Positions 1 through 12,483 are shown, counted from the first letter of the stretch. The stretch: DNA of 64,000 bases from Candidatus Zixiibacteriota bacterium (GCA_043819555.1 JBDREQ010000003.1:64001-128000), one strand, 5' to 3'. The notes: generated by a model from the letters alone, not told the origin. Numbers and translations: made by a program.

Positions 1-1395
<1,395 letters not shown>

Positions 1396-1435
1396 ATTTG
1401 ATAAGTTGTGTTGTATATATAAATTAACAGTAGTA

Positions 1436-1811
1436 GAAAGCAGGAAAAACGGTCGCGTCATATGACTTAGTTATCATGATGAGGAAAGTCCGGACTCCGC
1501 AGGGCCGGGGTGCCCCGTAACACGGGGGCGAAGCGATTCGACGGAAAGTGTCGCAGAAAATAACAGCCAACCTTTCCGCGATTTTCGCGGGGAGCGGCAA
1601 TGGTGAAAACGCGGTGTAAGAGACCACGGATTAACCCGGCAACGGGATAATCGGATAAACCCCACCCGGAGCAAGGCCAAATAGGGAAGGATGAGGCAGG
1701 CCCGCCTCGTTTGACTTCCGGGTAGGCCGCATGAGGATATGGGCAACCATATTCCGAGATAGATGATCGTTAACCCGCAAGGGTACAGAATCCGGCTTAT
1801 TTCCTGCTTTC
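1436..1811 (+). ncRNA. rnpB: RNase P RNA (bacterial type A)
   Basis: Conserved GAGGAAAGTCCGGACT near 1481, CCCGGAGCAAGGCCAAATAGG, and ACAGAATCCGGCTTAT near 1785-1800. Terminal P1 pairing GAAAGCAGGAAA / TTTCCTGCTTTC. Confidence 0.97.
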
Positions 1812-1835
1812 TTCTACAGACATAGGAAAATTCCC

Positions 1836-3590
1836 ATGGCTTGGGGTGATACATCGGTTTCTCAACAGTGGATCCTTGCCGAAGAACCATTGGCCGCGTT
1901 GGTGGATGAAATTGTTTCCAAATGCGAACTGCCAATTCCGGTTGTCAGAGTGCTGATCAATCGTAATATTGATACTCCCGAAAAAGTTAAGAAATTTCTC
2001 GATCCTCAATTAAGTGATCTCACGGATCCGTTTATTCTCAAAGGGATGACGGATGCGGTTGATCGAATAACTGCCGCTCTACGAAATAACGAAAAAATAA
2101 TGATCTATGGCGATTATAATGTCGATGGCATTACGGCGACTTCTCTGTTGTTTTTGGTTCTTAACCGTTTGGGGGCGCAGGTCGATTACTATTTGCCCAA
2201 TCGCCTGACCGAAGGCTATGGTCTTTCCGAGGACGGTATTATTGAGGCCGAACAGAGGGGTATCACGCTGATTATTTCAGTTGATACCGGAATCACGGCC
2301 AATCAGGAAGTGGAATTCGCACGCGAACACGGCATTGACTGTATAATAACAGATCATCACGAAGAAGGTGATAATCTGCCAAAGGCGGTTGCTATTGTCA
2401 ATCCCAAGCAGACCGATTGCGCTTATGATCTGGCTGAATTAGCCGGGGTTGGAGTGGCTTTCAAAGTAGCCCAGGCATTATATCAGAGACTGGGTCAGGA
2501 TAGTTCGGAAATCGAGGAACATCTCGATCTGGTCGCTTTGGGAACATCAGCCGATATTGTCCCTCTTCTCGGTGAGAACAGGACGCTGACTCGTCATGGA
2601 TTCAATCAAATTGTACGAACGACCAAACCGGGCTTGAAATCGCTGACATTTGTTTCCGGTTTGATGGGCAAGGAAATCGGAACAGGACAAGTAATTTTTG
2701 TACTGGCCCCGCGTATAAATGCCATTGGTCGGCTGGGAGACGCTAAGCAAGCGGTTAAACTATTGACAACCCGCGATGAACAGGTCGCGTCAAAGATTGC
2801 CCGGACACTTGACAGCGAGAACAAGCGACGCAAAAATATCGATGAAACGACTCTCAAAGAAGCCCTGACAATGATGGATGAGATATGTGATCTTGAACAC
2901 GAAAAAGCAATCATTCTATCTTCCGAAGGGTGGCATCAGGGAGTTATCGGGATTGTCGCTTCGCGCCTTGTAGAAAAGTATCATTTGCCGACAATCCTAA
3001 TTGCGATAGATAAGGGTGAAGGCAAAGGATCGGCACGTTCCATTCCCGGATTTCATTTGACAGAGGCGTTGAAAGAATGTGAGGATTATTTAATTAGATA
3101 TGGCGGCCATAAATACGCCGCCGGACTGACGATTCGCCCCGAAAAGGTTGAAGCCTTCAGAAAGAAAATGATCGAGGTTTCAAAACGTCGCCTGACAGAA
3201 GATGATCTTATCCCGAAATTATATATAGATTCTGAAGTTGAACTGGACCAGATAAATGACCGATTTCTCGATACTCTGGAGAGGTTTTCTCCGTTCGGAC
3301 CGATGAATATGCGCCCGATATTTCTGACGCGGAATCTGGCAGTGGTCGGCCAGCCATATCTGGTCGGCAAGAATCATCTTAAGATGAAAGTCACAAAAGG
3401 CGAAAAAACATTTGATGTTATCGGATTTGGCTTTGGCGATTTGGTGCGGCCGCTGTCGATGCGAGCAGGGACAATCGATATGGCCTATGTGGTCGAGTAT
3501 AATCACTGGAACGGCATGACGCGCATCCAGCTCCGGGTAAAAGACATAAAGTTTGATGCCGGTCTAATACCAAGAGGGAATGCGAATTAG
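1836..3590 (+). CDS. recJ: Single-stranded-DNA exonuclease RecJ (motif I reads GDYNVDG)
   Basis: DHH motif (ITDHH), SVDTG, APRINAIGRL, GHKYAAG, PFGPMN and a C-terminal OB fold. Confidence 0.95.
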   Translation: MAWGDTSVSQQWILAEEPLAALVDEIVSKCELPIPVVRVLINRNIDTPEKVKKFLDPQLSDLTDPFILKGMTDAVDRITAALRNNEKIMIYGDYNVDGITATSLLFLVLNRLGAQVDYYLPNRLTEGYGLSEDGIIEAEQRGITLIISVDTGITANQEVEFAREHGIDCIITDHHEEGDNLPKAVAIVNPKQTDCAYDLAELAGVGVAFKVAQALYQRLGQDSSEIEEHLDLVALGTSADIVPLLGENRTLTRHGFNQIVRTTKPGLKSLTFVSGLMGKEIGTGQVIFVLAPRINAIGRLGDAKQAVKLLTTRDEQVASKIARTLDSENKRRKNIDETTLKEALTMMDEICDLEHEKAIILSSEGWHQGVIGIVASRLVEKYHLPTILIAIDKGEGKGSARSIPGFHLTEALKECEDYLIRYGGHKYAAGLTIRPEKVEAFRKKMIEVSKRRLTEDDLIPKLYIDSEVELDQINDRFLDTLERFSPFGPMNMRPIFLTRNLAVVGQPYLVGKNHLKMKVTKGEKTFDVIGFGFGDLVRPLSMRAGTIDMAYVVEYNHWNGMTRIQLRVKDIKFDAGLIPRGNAN

Positions 3591-3592
3591 AA

Positions 3593-4537
3593 ATGACGCT
3601 GTACGAGCAATTTCTCAAAGGTTCGGTTCCCGCCCTCTCAAAAATTATCAGCCATATTGAAAATCTTGGCGAGGAATATCATAAGCTTTTATCAAAACTG
3701 TATCGTCTTACCGATGGCATATATCGGATTGGCCTGACCGGGCCTCCGGGAGCCGGAAAATCATCAATTGTTAATCGTTTGGCCGGCCTCCTGATTGACC
3801 AGGGGAAAAAAGTAGCGATAATTTGTGTTGATCCCAGTTCGCCTTTTACCGGCGGAGCGCTTCTCGGTGATCGTTTACGGATGCAGGATATTCCTCAGGA
3901 TAAGGGCGTTTTTATTCGCTCCATGGGCAGCCGCGGATCATCGGGCGGTTTGGCCTCGGCGACTTCAAATGTGGCCGTCGCACTGGACGCTTTCGGATTC
4001 GATACTCTAATAATCGAGACAGTTGGGGTCGGCCAGATGGAGTTGGACATTATTGATGCCTGCGATACCGTTGTGGTAACGCTTGTTCCCGAATCGGGCG
4101 ATGCCATTCAGGCTCTTAAGGCCGGTCTTATGGAGATCGCCGATGTTTTTGCCGTCAATAAGGCCGATCGGGCCGGCGCGGAACAGATGATTTATGATTT
4201 ACAATCGGCATTCGAAATGCGAACTAAGAGATCGGATTGGGATGTCCCGGTTCTTGCGACACAAGCCTTGCATAATAAGAATATCGATGCATTATTATCT
4301 CATATCATTGCGCACAAGGAATATCTCCTGAAAAGCGGAGATTTAGTTAAAAAACGAGGGCTGCAAATTAAAAAGCGGATCGAGGAGGAAATTACCAGGC
4401 TAATTAAGGGCGATCTGGTGACTTCCGTTCTTGATGATCAGCTATTGAATGAAATTGCAGATAAGGTATTGAAAGGCGAGCAGGACCCATATACAGCCGG
4501 TAAGGAGATATATCAGCGCTTTAAAATAGGCTCTTGA
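3593..4537 (+). CDS. meaB: B12-mutase-associated GTPase chaperone MeaB
   Basis: GPPGAGKS, VDPSSPFTGGALLGDRLRM, ETVGVGQ and NKAD; sits beside the mutase genes. Confidence 0.95.
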   Translation: MTLYEQFLKGSVPALSKIISHIENLGEEYHKLLSKLYRLTDGIYRIGLTGPPGAGKSSIVNRLAGLLIDQGKKVAIICVDPSSPFTGGALLGDRLRMQDIPQDKGVFIRSMGSRGSSGGLASATSNVAVALDAFGFDTLIIETVGVGQMELDIIDACDTVVVTLVPESGDAIQALKAGLMEIADVFAVNKADRAGAEQMIYDLQSAFEMRTKRSDWDVPVLATQALHNKNIDALLSHIIAHKEYLLKSGDLVKKRGLQIKKRIEEEITRLIKGDLVTSVLDDQLLNEIADKVLKGEQDPYTAGKEIYQRFKIGS

Positions 4538-4609
4538 TTTTTCCCGGTGATGGCGTATATTTATCGCTTGCAATGTTTTTGCGAATTTGATTGTTCACGG
4601 AGTTAATAA

Positions 4610-6277
4610 ATGTTTGACAAAGATTTTTTGGCTCGACTCAAAGAAAAGCACAATAAATGGCTCGAAGAAGCCAGCCAAATGCCTCAGAAATCCAAACCCC
4701 GATTTATTTCCGTCTCAGGCGATGAAGTAGATATCCTTCATGATCCCAATTCGGCTAACATGTCGGATTATGAAGATAAAATCGGATTGCCCGGGGAATT
4801 TCCCTATACACGGGGCGTTCATAAAACCATGTATCGTGGCAGAATGTGGACAATGCGCCAGTTTGCCGGTATGGGATCGCCAAAGCAGACAAACGAGCGT
4901 TTCCTTTATCTGCTTCAGCAAGGTCAAACCGGACTTTCGACCGCATTCGATTTGCCGACTTTAATGGGATTGGATTCCGATAGCCCGCGTTCATTGGGAG
5001 AAGTGGGGAAATGCGGAGTCGCAATTGACTCATTGGCCGATATGGAAATTTTATTCGGCGGCATTGATACCAGCCAGGTTTCGACGTCTATGACAATAAA
5101 TGCTCCGGCTTCGATTCTACTGGCAATGTATATCGCTTTATCGGAGAAGAAGGGCGTAGCTTCTGAAAAATTGACCGGAACGCTTCAGAACGATATTCTC
5201 AAAGAATACATCGCACAGAAGGAGTGGATTTATCCCCCGGAACCGTCAATCAGATTAATTACCGATATGATGTCTTTTTGCGCCGATCATGTTCCGAAAT
5301 GGAATACGATTTCGATTTCCGGCTACCATATACGCGAGGCAGGCGCAACCGCTGCCCAGGAGCTGGCATTTACGCTGGCCGATGGTTTTCAATATGTTGA
5401 ATCAGCGATCGCCGACGGTCAGGATATAGATGTTTTTTCAAAGCGATTATCCTTTTTCTTTAATGCTCATCAGGATTTTTTCGAGGAAATAGCCAAGTAC
5501 CGGGCGGCTCGGCGCATCTGGGCCAAACGGATGCGATATAAATATGGCGCCAAAAAGGAACGAAGCTGGCTGCTTCGTTTCCATACGCAAACAGCGGGAT
5601 GTTCACTAACGGCCCAGCAACCGGAAAATAATTTAATGCGAACGGCTTTTGAAGCGCTATCCGGTGTTTTAGGCGGGACGCAATCACTCCACACCAATTC
5701 GATGGATGAAACTCTGGCTTTGCCTTCTGATAAGGCGGCTTTGCTGGCATTGAGAACTCAGCAAATAATTATGCATGAAACGGGTGTGGCCAATACTATC
5801 GATCCTTTGGCGGGCTCGTATTATGTCGAATATCTCACCGATAAGTTGGAAGCCGAGGCGGAAGCATATTTCGACGAGATTGAAAAGCGCGGCGGGGTTC
5901 TGCAATGTATTGAAGATGGGTATTTCCAGCGCGAGTTAGCCAAATCGGCCTATCGGTATCAAAAAGAAATCGAAAAAGGCGAGAGGATAATCGTCGGTGT
6001 CAACGGTTATACGATGGATGAGAAAATTGAAATCCCTCTACTGAAGATTGATGAATCCGTGGCGCAGGAACAAACTGACCGGCTGATAGAAATTAAAAAA
6101 AGCCGTGATAACGATAAGGTTAAGCGGACATTGGATGATTTGACGGAGTGCAGTAAATCAGGCGGCAATACCATGAAGGCGATTTTGGATTGTGTTCGCG
6201 TGTATGCCACCGAAGGTGAAATTGTTGACGCGATGAAGGTGGTTTTTGGAGAATACACCGAGCCTCCGATGTTTTAA
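4610..6277 (+). CDS. icmA: Acyl-CoA mutase large (substrate-binding) subunit, isobutyryl-CoA mutase-like
   Basis: Methylmalonyl-CoA mutase family (PYTRG, SISGYHIREAG, GGTQSLHTN). Specificity positions read RQFAG and KEYIAQKEW, as in ICM. Confidence 0.8.
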   Translation: MFDKDFLARLKEKHNKWLEEASQMPQKSKPRFISVSGDEVDILHDPNSANMSDYEDKIGLPGEFPYTRGVHKTMYRGRMWTMRQFAGMGSPKQTNERFLYLLQQGQTGLSTAFDLPTLMGLDSDSPRSLGEVGKCGVAIDSLADMEILFGGIDTSQVSTSMTINAPASILLAMYIALSEKKGVASEKLTGTLQNDILKEYIAQKEWIYPPEPSIRLITDMMSFCADHVPKWNTISISGYHIREAGATAAQELAFTLADGFQYVESAIADGQDIDVFSKRLSFFFNAHQDFFEEIAKYRAARRIWAKRMRYKYGAKKERSWLLRFHTQTAGCSLTAQQPENNLMRTAFEALSGVLGGTQSLHTNSMDETLALPSDKAALLALRTQQIIMHETGVANTIDPLAGSYYVEYLTDKLEAEAEAYFDEIEKRGGVLQCIEDGYFQRELAKSAYRYQKEIEKGERIIVGVNGYTMDEKIEIPLLKIDESVAQEQTDRLIEIKKSRDNDKVKRTLDDLTECSKSGGNTMKAILDCVRVYATEGEIVDAMKVVFGEYTEPPMF

Positions 6278-6334
6278 TAAATTAATTTAAAGAGAAGATA
6301 AAGGTTTCGAAAATTTACTTTAGGATTTATTACG

Positions 6335-6754
6335 ATGCCAGATAAAATTAGAGTACTCCTCGCCAAACCGGGTCTTGATGGCCATGACCGCGGCATTAAA
6401 GTAATTGCGGCGGCCTTGCGCGACGCCGGATTTGAAGTTATTTATACCGGACTGCGCCAGACTCCGGAACAGATTGTAACAGCGGCCATTCAGGAAGATG
6501 TCGATGCCATCGGCGTTTCGATTCTGTCCGGCGCTCACATGACCCTGTTTCCATCGATTCTGAATTTACTGAAAAAACAGGGCGGGGAAGGGATAATGCT
6601 ATTTGGCGGAGGCATAATACCCGATGAAGATATTGCCAAACTTGAGAAAATTGGCGTGGCCAAGTTATATACGCCGGGAGCGGCAACGACTGATATAATT
6701 GAATGGCTCAAAAAAGCTGTTTTGGAAAAGAAAGATAATCAGAAGATAATGTAA
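6335..6754 (+). CDS. icmB: Cobalamin-binding small subunit of acyl-CoA mutase
   Basis: DGHDRG B12-binding motif, SILSGAH and GGGIIP. Confidence 0.85.
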   Translation: MPDKIRVLLAKPGLDGHDRGIKVIAAALRDAGFEVIYTGLRQTPEQIVTAAIQEDVDAIGVSILSGAHMTLFPSILNLLKKQGGEGIMLFGGGIIPDEDIAKLEKIGVAKLYTPGAATTDIIEWLKKAVLEKKDNQKIM

Positions 6755-6790
6755 TTTTAGGGTTTGTAATAACCATACGGAGGTTTTTTA

Positions 6791-7954
6791 ATGATTAAAC
6801 GGTATAATATTGACCCCAGACAGCAGGCGATCAGGGATCGGGTTGCGGAATTTGGAGAAAAGGAAGTCGCCCCGGTAGCCTGGGATTTGGATCGCCGTCC
6901 GGAACCACAAGTGTTTCCCAAGGATTATTATAGGATACTCGGCAAAGCTGGTTATCTCGGTTTTGCTATGCCCAAGGAATACGGTGGAGGCGGGTATTCA
7001 AATCTGGAATATATAACCATGATTGAAGAGCTGGCATTTTGGGATCCGACGACGTCTCTTATGACTGCCATACCCCAGTTGGCGACTTTTCCTCTCCTGG
7101 TATATGGTAATGCCGAGCAAAAGCAAAAATATATGCCGGGGGTAACTTCAGGTGAGTTGATTCCGTCGTTTATCCTGACTGAAGAAAATGCCGGTTCGGA
7201 TGCCGCCAACCAGAAAACTACAGCTATAGAAGATGGCGATAATTATGTGATCAATGGCAAAAAGCATTTCATCATGCATGGGGATGTCTGCGATTTTGGC
7301 ATTCTCTTTTGCAAAATAGGAGCCCAGGAAGATGCCAAGCGTCCCAAAATTTCAGCTTTTCTTGTAGACGCCAACACACCCGGTTTTAAGCAGGAAACTT
7401 TGCTCTATAAGATGGGTATGAAAGCCGCCACAACCGGCCGTATATACCTTGAGAACGTCACCATTCCCAAGACTAACCTCCTCGGTGAAGAAGGCGCCGG
7501 TTTCCGGTATGCCATGCATACTCTCGACGGCGCCCGAATCGGAGTTGCGGCACAGGCATTGGGTACGGCTCAAAGAGCGTTGGAAGAGTCGATCAAATTC
7601 GCCAATAATCGTATTGCCTTTGGCGCGCCAATTTCAAAACTCCAGGCTATTCAATGGATGATCGCGGATATGGCCACGCGGCTCGAGGCTTCTCGTCTGA
7701 TGACGTATAAAGCGGCCAAGATGCAGGATGATGGCGAGCGCTATGGAGTGGAAGCGGCACAGTGCAAGATGTACGTTACCGAATCTGCCAGATTCTGCGT
7801 TGACCGCGCCATGCAGATCCATTCGGGATATGGATATATCGGTGAGTTTTCCGTCATAGAGAAATTGTACCGCGATCAGCGCGTTACCGAAATCTATGAA
7901 GGAACTAATGAGATTCAACGCCTGATTATCGGCGGCGCTTATTTGCGCAAATAG
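6791..7954 (+). CDS. Acyl-CoA dehydrogenase (short/branched-chain type)
   Basis: LTEENAGSDA, INGKKHFI, GARIGVAAQALG and EIYEGTNEIQR. Confidence 0.95.
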   Translation: MIKRYNIDPRQQAIRDRVAEFGEKEVAPVAWDLDRRPEPQVFPKDYYRILGKAGYLGFAMPKEYGGGGYSNLEYITMIEELAFWDPTTSLMTAIPQLATFPLLVYGNAEQKQKYMPGVTSGELIPSFILTEENAGSDAANQKTTAIEDGDNYVINGKKHFIMHGDVCDFGILFCKIGAQEDAKRPKISAFLVDANTPGFKQETLLYKMGMKAATTGRIYLENVTIPKTNLLGEEGAGFRYAMHTLDGARIGVAAQALGTAQRALEESIKFANNRIAFGAPISKLQAIQWMIADMATRLEASRLMTYKAAKMQDDGERYGVEAAQCKMYVTESARFCVDRAMQIHSGYGYIGEFSVIEKLYRDQRVTEIYEGTNEIQRLIIGGAYLRK

Positions 7955-7971
7955 GCATTATCAATTTTGAC

Positions 7972-8000
7972 AAGGGGCCATTGATTGGCCCCTTAATTTT
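7972..8000 (+). terminator. Hairpin, probable intrinsic terminator
   Basis: AAGGGGCCA-ttgat-TGGCCCCTT followed by AATTTT just after the stop codon. Confidence 0.6.
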
Positions 8001-8011
8001 ACAGGGGATTC

Positions 8012-8848
8012 GTGTACAGATTCGGTGATTTTACCATATATCATTTAGTTGAACAGCGATTCAAACTCGACGGGGGCTCGATGTTCGGTGTTATCCCAAA
8101 GAAGATTTGGGGCAAAATGATCGCTGCCGACGATGATAATCTGATACCGATGATTACCAATTTGTTTGTTGTGGATACCGGCGATAAAAAAATTCTATGC
8201 GATACCGGTCTCGGCGATAATCTTTCCGACCGGGAAAAAATAATCTATGCTACTGAGGGAAAGTCAAATATTGAGGCAGGTCTTGAAGAGATTGGACTTT
8301 CCTCCGGAGATATAGATGTCGTTTTTTTATCGCACTTGCATTCCGATCATTCCGGCGGAGCTGTTATTGAAAAAAAAGGGGAAATTATACCCCGTTTTGA
8401 AAATGCCAGATATCTGGTTCAAAAGGAAGAATGGCATGATGCTATGAACCCGGATGAACGCGCGGCGGCTGTTTATATTCCGAAGCGGATAAAACCGATT
8501 GAAGAATCGGGACAACTTGAATTATTGGATGGGGATTGTGGATATTTGCCTGGAATAAAAATAATCAAAACCGGCGGGCATACGCAGGGTCATATGGGGA
8601 TTGAATTTTCTTCGGGCGGAACGACAATTGTATATTATGCCGACATTATTCCGTCGTCGCATCATTTCAAAGTTCCATATGTATCATCGACGGATTTATT
8701 CCCCCTCGATACGATGAAAGTAAAGCGGCGATTAACTCAGCGGGCGCTTTCCGGCGAGATAGCCATTGCGTTCGATCACGATATCGAAATCCCGATTGGG
8801 AAGGTCCGGGAAGAATGCGTCAATACTATTATAGAGCCATTAGGTTAG
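8012..8848 (+). CDS. MBL-fold metallo-hydrolase (YtnP-like)
   Basis: LDGGSMFG, HLHSDH and GHTQGH motifs. Confidence 0.9.
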   Translation: MYRFGDFTIYHLVEQRFKLDGGSMFGVIPKKIWGKMIAADDDNLIPMITNLFVVDTGDKKILCDTGLGDNLSDREKIIYATEGKSNIEAGLEEIGLSSGDIDVVFLSHLHSDHSGGAVIEKKGEIIPRFENARYLVQKEEWHDAMNPDERAAAVYIPKRIKPIEESGQLELLDGDCGYLPGIKIIKTGGHTQGHMGIEFSSGGTTIVYYADIIPSSHHFKVPYVSSTDLFPLDTMKVKRRLTQRALSGEIAIAFDHDIEIPIGKVREECVNTIIEPLG

Positions 8849-8883
8849 ATTTTTTGAATAAAATTATTCGATAAGGATAGCTC

Positions 8884-10434
8884 ATGTCGATTGAGAAAAA
8901 ACTGGAGGAGCTGGAAGCCAAGCGGGCTGAGGCGCGTCTTGGCGGCGGGCAGGCTAAAATAGACGCTCAGCGTGCCAAAGGGAAATTGACCGCTCGCGAA
9001 AGAATCGAGCTGTTTCTCGATAAAGGCAGTTTTGAAGAATTTGATATGTTTGTGACGCATCGCAGCCGTGATTTTGGCCTTGATAAGAAAAAAATATTGG
9101 GCGATGGGGTGGTTACCGGAGTCGGCGAGGTCAATGGACGGCAGATTTTCATATTTTCGCAGGACTTCACTGTTTTTGGCGGATCACTGGCTGAGGCGCA
9201 TGCCGAAAAGATTTGTAAAATTATGGATATGGCGATGAAAGTCGGCTCGCCGGTTATTGGTCTCAATGATTCCGGCGGCGCGAGAATTCAGGAGGGGGTT
9301 GTTTCATTGGGGGGTTATGCTGATATTTTTCTGCGCAATACTCAGGCTTCGGGAGTCGTTCCACAGATTTCGATTATTCTCGGTCCGTGCGCCGGAGGCG
9401 CTGTTTACAGTCCCGCTATCACCGATTTTACAATCATGGTTAAAAACCTGAGCCATATGTTTGTGACAGGACCGAACGTCGTCAAAACCGTAACGCATGA
9501 AGACGTGACATTCGAGGATCTGGGCGGAGCCGATACGCATGCCTCGATTTCCGGCGTGGCCCATTATGCCGCCGCCAACGAGCCGGATGCGATCAGGTTC
9601 GTAAAGGAATTGGTCAGTTTTATCCCGGCCAATAATATGGAAGATCCTCCATTTGTAAAAACTGACGATCCGAATGATCGAATGGATGAGGAGTTGAACC
9701 ATATTGTACCGCTCCATCCCAACAAACCGTATGATATTAAAGAAGTGATTAATCATATTGTCGATGACGGGAAATTTCTTGAGATACACGCCGATTTCGC
9801 GCAGAATATCGTGGTTGGATTTGCCCGTTTGGGCGGGTACTCGGTCGGTATCATAGCCAATCAACCGGCCGTTCTGGCCGGAGTGCTCGATATCAATTCA
9901 TCACGGAAGGCCGCGCGGTTTATTCGCTTCTGTGATGCCTTCAATATTCCGATTGTGACTTTTGAAGACGTCCCCGGATTTCTGCCCGGAACCGACCAGG
10001 AACATAATGGAATTATTGTTAACGGAGCCAAATTACTATTCGCTTATTGCGAAGCAACGGTTCCGAAAATCACGGTCATTACCCGCAAGGCATATGGGGG
10101 GGCATACGACGTTATGAACTCCAAGCATATTCTGGGCGATATGAATTACGGCTGGCCGACGGCGGAAATCGCGGTGATGGGCCCCAAAGGGGCTGTTGAG
10201 ATTATTTTCAAAAAGGAAATCGCGGCGGCGGAAGATAAAGAAAAAGCGATTGATGAGAAAGTCGCGGAATTTACCGAGATGTTTGCCAATCCGTATATTG
10301 CCGCCAAGCGAGGATATCTCGATGATGTCATCGAGCCGAAAACGACGCGTCCGCGCTTGATTCGGGCGCTTAAGATGCTGGAAAACAAACGGTATAATAA
10401 TCCACCTAAGAAGCATGGGAACATTCCGTTGTAG
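8884..10434 (+). CDS. pccB: Acyl-CoA (propionyl-CoA-type) carboxylase, carboxyltransferase subunit
   Basis: [36 protein letters not shown] and C-terminal KKHGNIPL. Confidence 0.92.
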   Translation: MSIEKKLEELEAKRAEARLGGGQAKIDAQRAKGKLTARERIELFLDKGSFEEFDMFVTHRSRDFGLDKKKILGDGVVTGVGEVNGRQIFIFSQDFTVFGGSLAEAHAEKICKIMDMAMKVGSPVIGLNDSGGARIQEGVVSLGGYADIFLRNTQASGVVPQISIILGPCAGGAVYSPAITDFTIMVKNLSHMFVTGPNVVKTVTHEDVTFEDLGGADTHASISGVAHYAAANEPDAIRFVKELVSFIPANNMEDPPFVKTDDPNDRMDEELNHIVPLHPNKPYDIKEVINHIVDDGKFLEIHADFAQNIVVGFARLGGYSVGIIANQPAVLAGVLDINSSRKAARFIRFCDAFNIPIVTFEDVPGFLPGTDQEHNGIIVNGAKLLFAYCEATVPKITVITRKAYGGAYDVMNSKHILGDMNYGWPTAEIAVMGPKGAVEIIFKKEIAAAEDKEKAIDEKVAEFTEMFANPYIAAKRGYLDDVIEPKTTRPRLIRALKMLENKRYNNPPKKHGNIPL

Positions 10435-10456
10435 GGGGGAATTAAGAAAAACACTT

Positions 10457-11977
10457 ATGGGTAAGATAAATAAAATATTAATCGCCAACCGGGGTGAGAT
10501 TGCCGTTCGGGTTATACGCGGATGCCTGACGGCGGGAATTAAATCAGCTGCTGTTTATTCCGACCCCGATAGGACAGCTTTGCACGTTCGCATGGCCGAT
10601 GAAGCGTATCCTCTTTATGGTACGACGTCGGCGGAAACCTACCTGGTACAGCAAAAAATTATCGATATCGCCAAAAAATGCGGAGCGGACGCGATTCATC
10701 CCGGATACGGATTTCTGGCCGAAAACTCAACATTCGCAAAACTGTGCGCTGATAATGATATTATTTTTATTGGACCCTCCCCGGAAGCGATTGCCCTACT
10801 CGGTGATAAACTCGAAGCTCGAGAAGCGGCCATCAAAGCAAATCTCCCGCTCGCGCCGGCCAGCACTCAGGATATCGAGAATATAGAAGCGGCCAAAAAA
10901 GAAGCAGCCGAGATCGGATTTCCCGTATTAATCAAAGCTGCTGCTGGTGGAGGCGGCAAGGGTATGAGAATCGTGCACAACGCCGGCGATTTTGAGGCGG
11001 CGGCAAAAATGGCGGCGTCGGAAGCAGGCTCTGCTTTTGGCGACAGCCGCGTCTATATTGAAAAATATATTGCCCGACCGCGCCATATCGAAATACAGAT
11101 TATGGCCGACACTCACGGCAATGTCGTTCATCTGGGAGAGCGTGAATGCTCGATTCAGCGCCGGCATCAAAAAGTTATTGAAGAATCCCCCTCCCCTGTC
11201 GTAGATGAAAAACTTCGAAAGCGAATGGGCGAAGCGGCAAAAGCCATCGCCCGTGAAACCGGTTATGTTGGAGCCGGAACGGTGGAATTTCTGGTCGATG
11301 AAAATTTCAATTTTTATTTTCTCGAAGTCAACACCCGTTTACAGGTCGAACATCCGGTCACGGAAATGGTCTCCGGTTTTGATCTGGTGGCCGAACAAAT
11401 TCGAGTTGCCAACGGCGAGAAGTTATCATTTACTCAGGATGATGTGGTTCAGCGCGGGCATTCGATCGAATGCCGGATTTACGCTGAAGATGCCGCGGCC
11501 GGATTTGTGCCCAGCGTGGGGAAACTTGCTTCATATCAGGAGCCGGCCGGACCGGGCGTGAGAATCGATTCCGGTTTTGTTGCCGGAGATACTATCCCGG
11601 TTTATTATGATCCGCTGATTGCCAAACTTGTTTCCTACGGCCGCGACCGAACCGAGGCGATTAATTGTATGAAGCGGGCATTGAATGAATATACCGTTCA
11701 TGGCGTAGAGACGACGATTCCGTTTAACCTGCTGGTGATGAATAATGAGAGCTTCATCAAGGGAAACCTCTCGACACATTTTATTGCCGACGAGTTTCCG
11801 GAACTTAATGAAAGCCTGAGACGTTCCGAAGAAGATTTGGAACTTTCGGCCATGGTCGCCGCTATAATTGACCACCGCCAGCAAAGGCGGCTGGCTAAAT
11901 CGGCCCAAAAGAAGGAAGTTACGATAAACAATTGGAAGCTCTCCGGGAGAATCGGCGGTATAGGAAAGAATCGGTGA
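10457..11977 (+). CDS. accC: Biotin carboxylase subunit
   Basis: ILIANRGEIA, HPGYGFLAEN, GGGGKGMR, ECSIQRRHQK and RLQVEHPVTE. ATG at 10457 chosen as start. Confidence 0.93.
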   Translation: MGKINKILIANRGEIAVRVIRGCLTAGIKSAAVYSDPDRTALHVRMADEAYPLYGTTSAETYLVQQKIIDIAKKCGADAIHPGYGFLAENSTFAKLCADNDIIFIGPSPEAIALLGDKLEAREAAIKANLPLAPASTQDIENIEAAKKEAAEIGFPVLIKAAAGGGGKGMRIVHNAGDFEAAAKMAASEAGSAFGDSRVYIEKYIARPRHIEIQIMADTHGNVVHLGERECSIQRRHQKVIEESPSPVVDEKLRKRMGEAAKAIARETGYVGAGTVEFLVDENFNFYFLEVNTRLQVEHPVTEMVSGFDLVAEQIRVANGEKLSFTQDDVVQRGHSIECRIYAEDAAAGFVPSVGKLASYQEPAGPGVRIDSGFVAGDTIPVYYDPLIAKLVSYGRDRTEAINCMKRALNEYTVHGVETTIPFNLLVMNNESFIKGNLSTHFIADEFPELNESLRRSEEDLELSAMVAAIIDHRQQRRLAKSAQKKEVTINNWKLSGRIGGIGKNR

Positions 11978-11979
11978 TT

Positions 11980-12483
11980 ATGAAAAAAGTCCAGGTGACA
12001 ACGGCGGATAAGAATTGGGCCTTCGAATTAAACGAAGATAAAGGGCAGCTTTGCATTACCAATAACGGCGTTAATCATCAGGTTAATCTGGTTCCCCTTG
12101 AGCATAATTGTTTTTCACTTATAATTGATGGTCGCTCTTATACGGTGGGGGTCAACGGATCGAATAATGGTTATACCGTGTTTTTGGGCGCGCGCTCGGA
12201 AAAGTTCGCAGTTGAAGATTTTGAAATCGCGAAGGTTAAGCGCAAAGCGGGAATCATTGATGAAGAGAAGGACAAAAAAGTCATAGCTCCAATGCCGGGC
12301 ATGATAGTCTCCGTTGCCTGTTCTAAAGGCGAGAGCATTTCCAGGAATCAACCCCTGTTGATTATGGAAGCGATGAAGATGGAAAATGACATAAAATCAC
12401 CGGTGTTGGGAATTGTTAAAAATGTTTCCGTTGCCGCGGGGGATAATGTTAACAAGGGCCAGGTGTTGATTGAATTTGAATGA
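11980..12483 (+). CDS. Biotin carboxyl carrier protein
   Basis: APMPG and the EAMKM biotinylation motif. Confidence 0.93.
   Translation: MKKVQVTTADKNWAFELNEDKGQLCITNNGVNHQVNLVPLEHNCFSLIIDGRSYTVGVNGSNNGYTVFLGARSEKFAVEDFEIAKVKRKAGIIDEEKDKKVIAPMPGMIVSVACSKGESISRNQPLLIMEAMKMENDIKSPVLGIVKNVSVAAGDNVNKGQVLIEFE

Noticed and set aside
1424..1935. Minus-strand ORFs of 67 and 153 aa
   Set aside because: They are antisense shadows of the RNase P RNA gene.
4537..4610. Cobalamin riboswitch before the mutase
   Set aside because: The gap is too short and has no B12-box; only a promoter-like TTGATT...TATATT is present.
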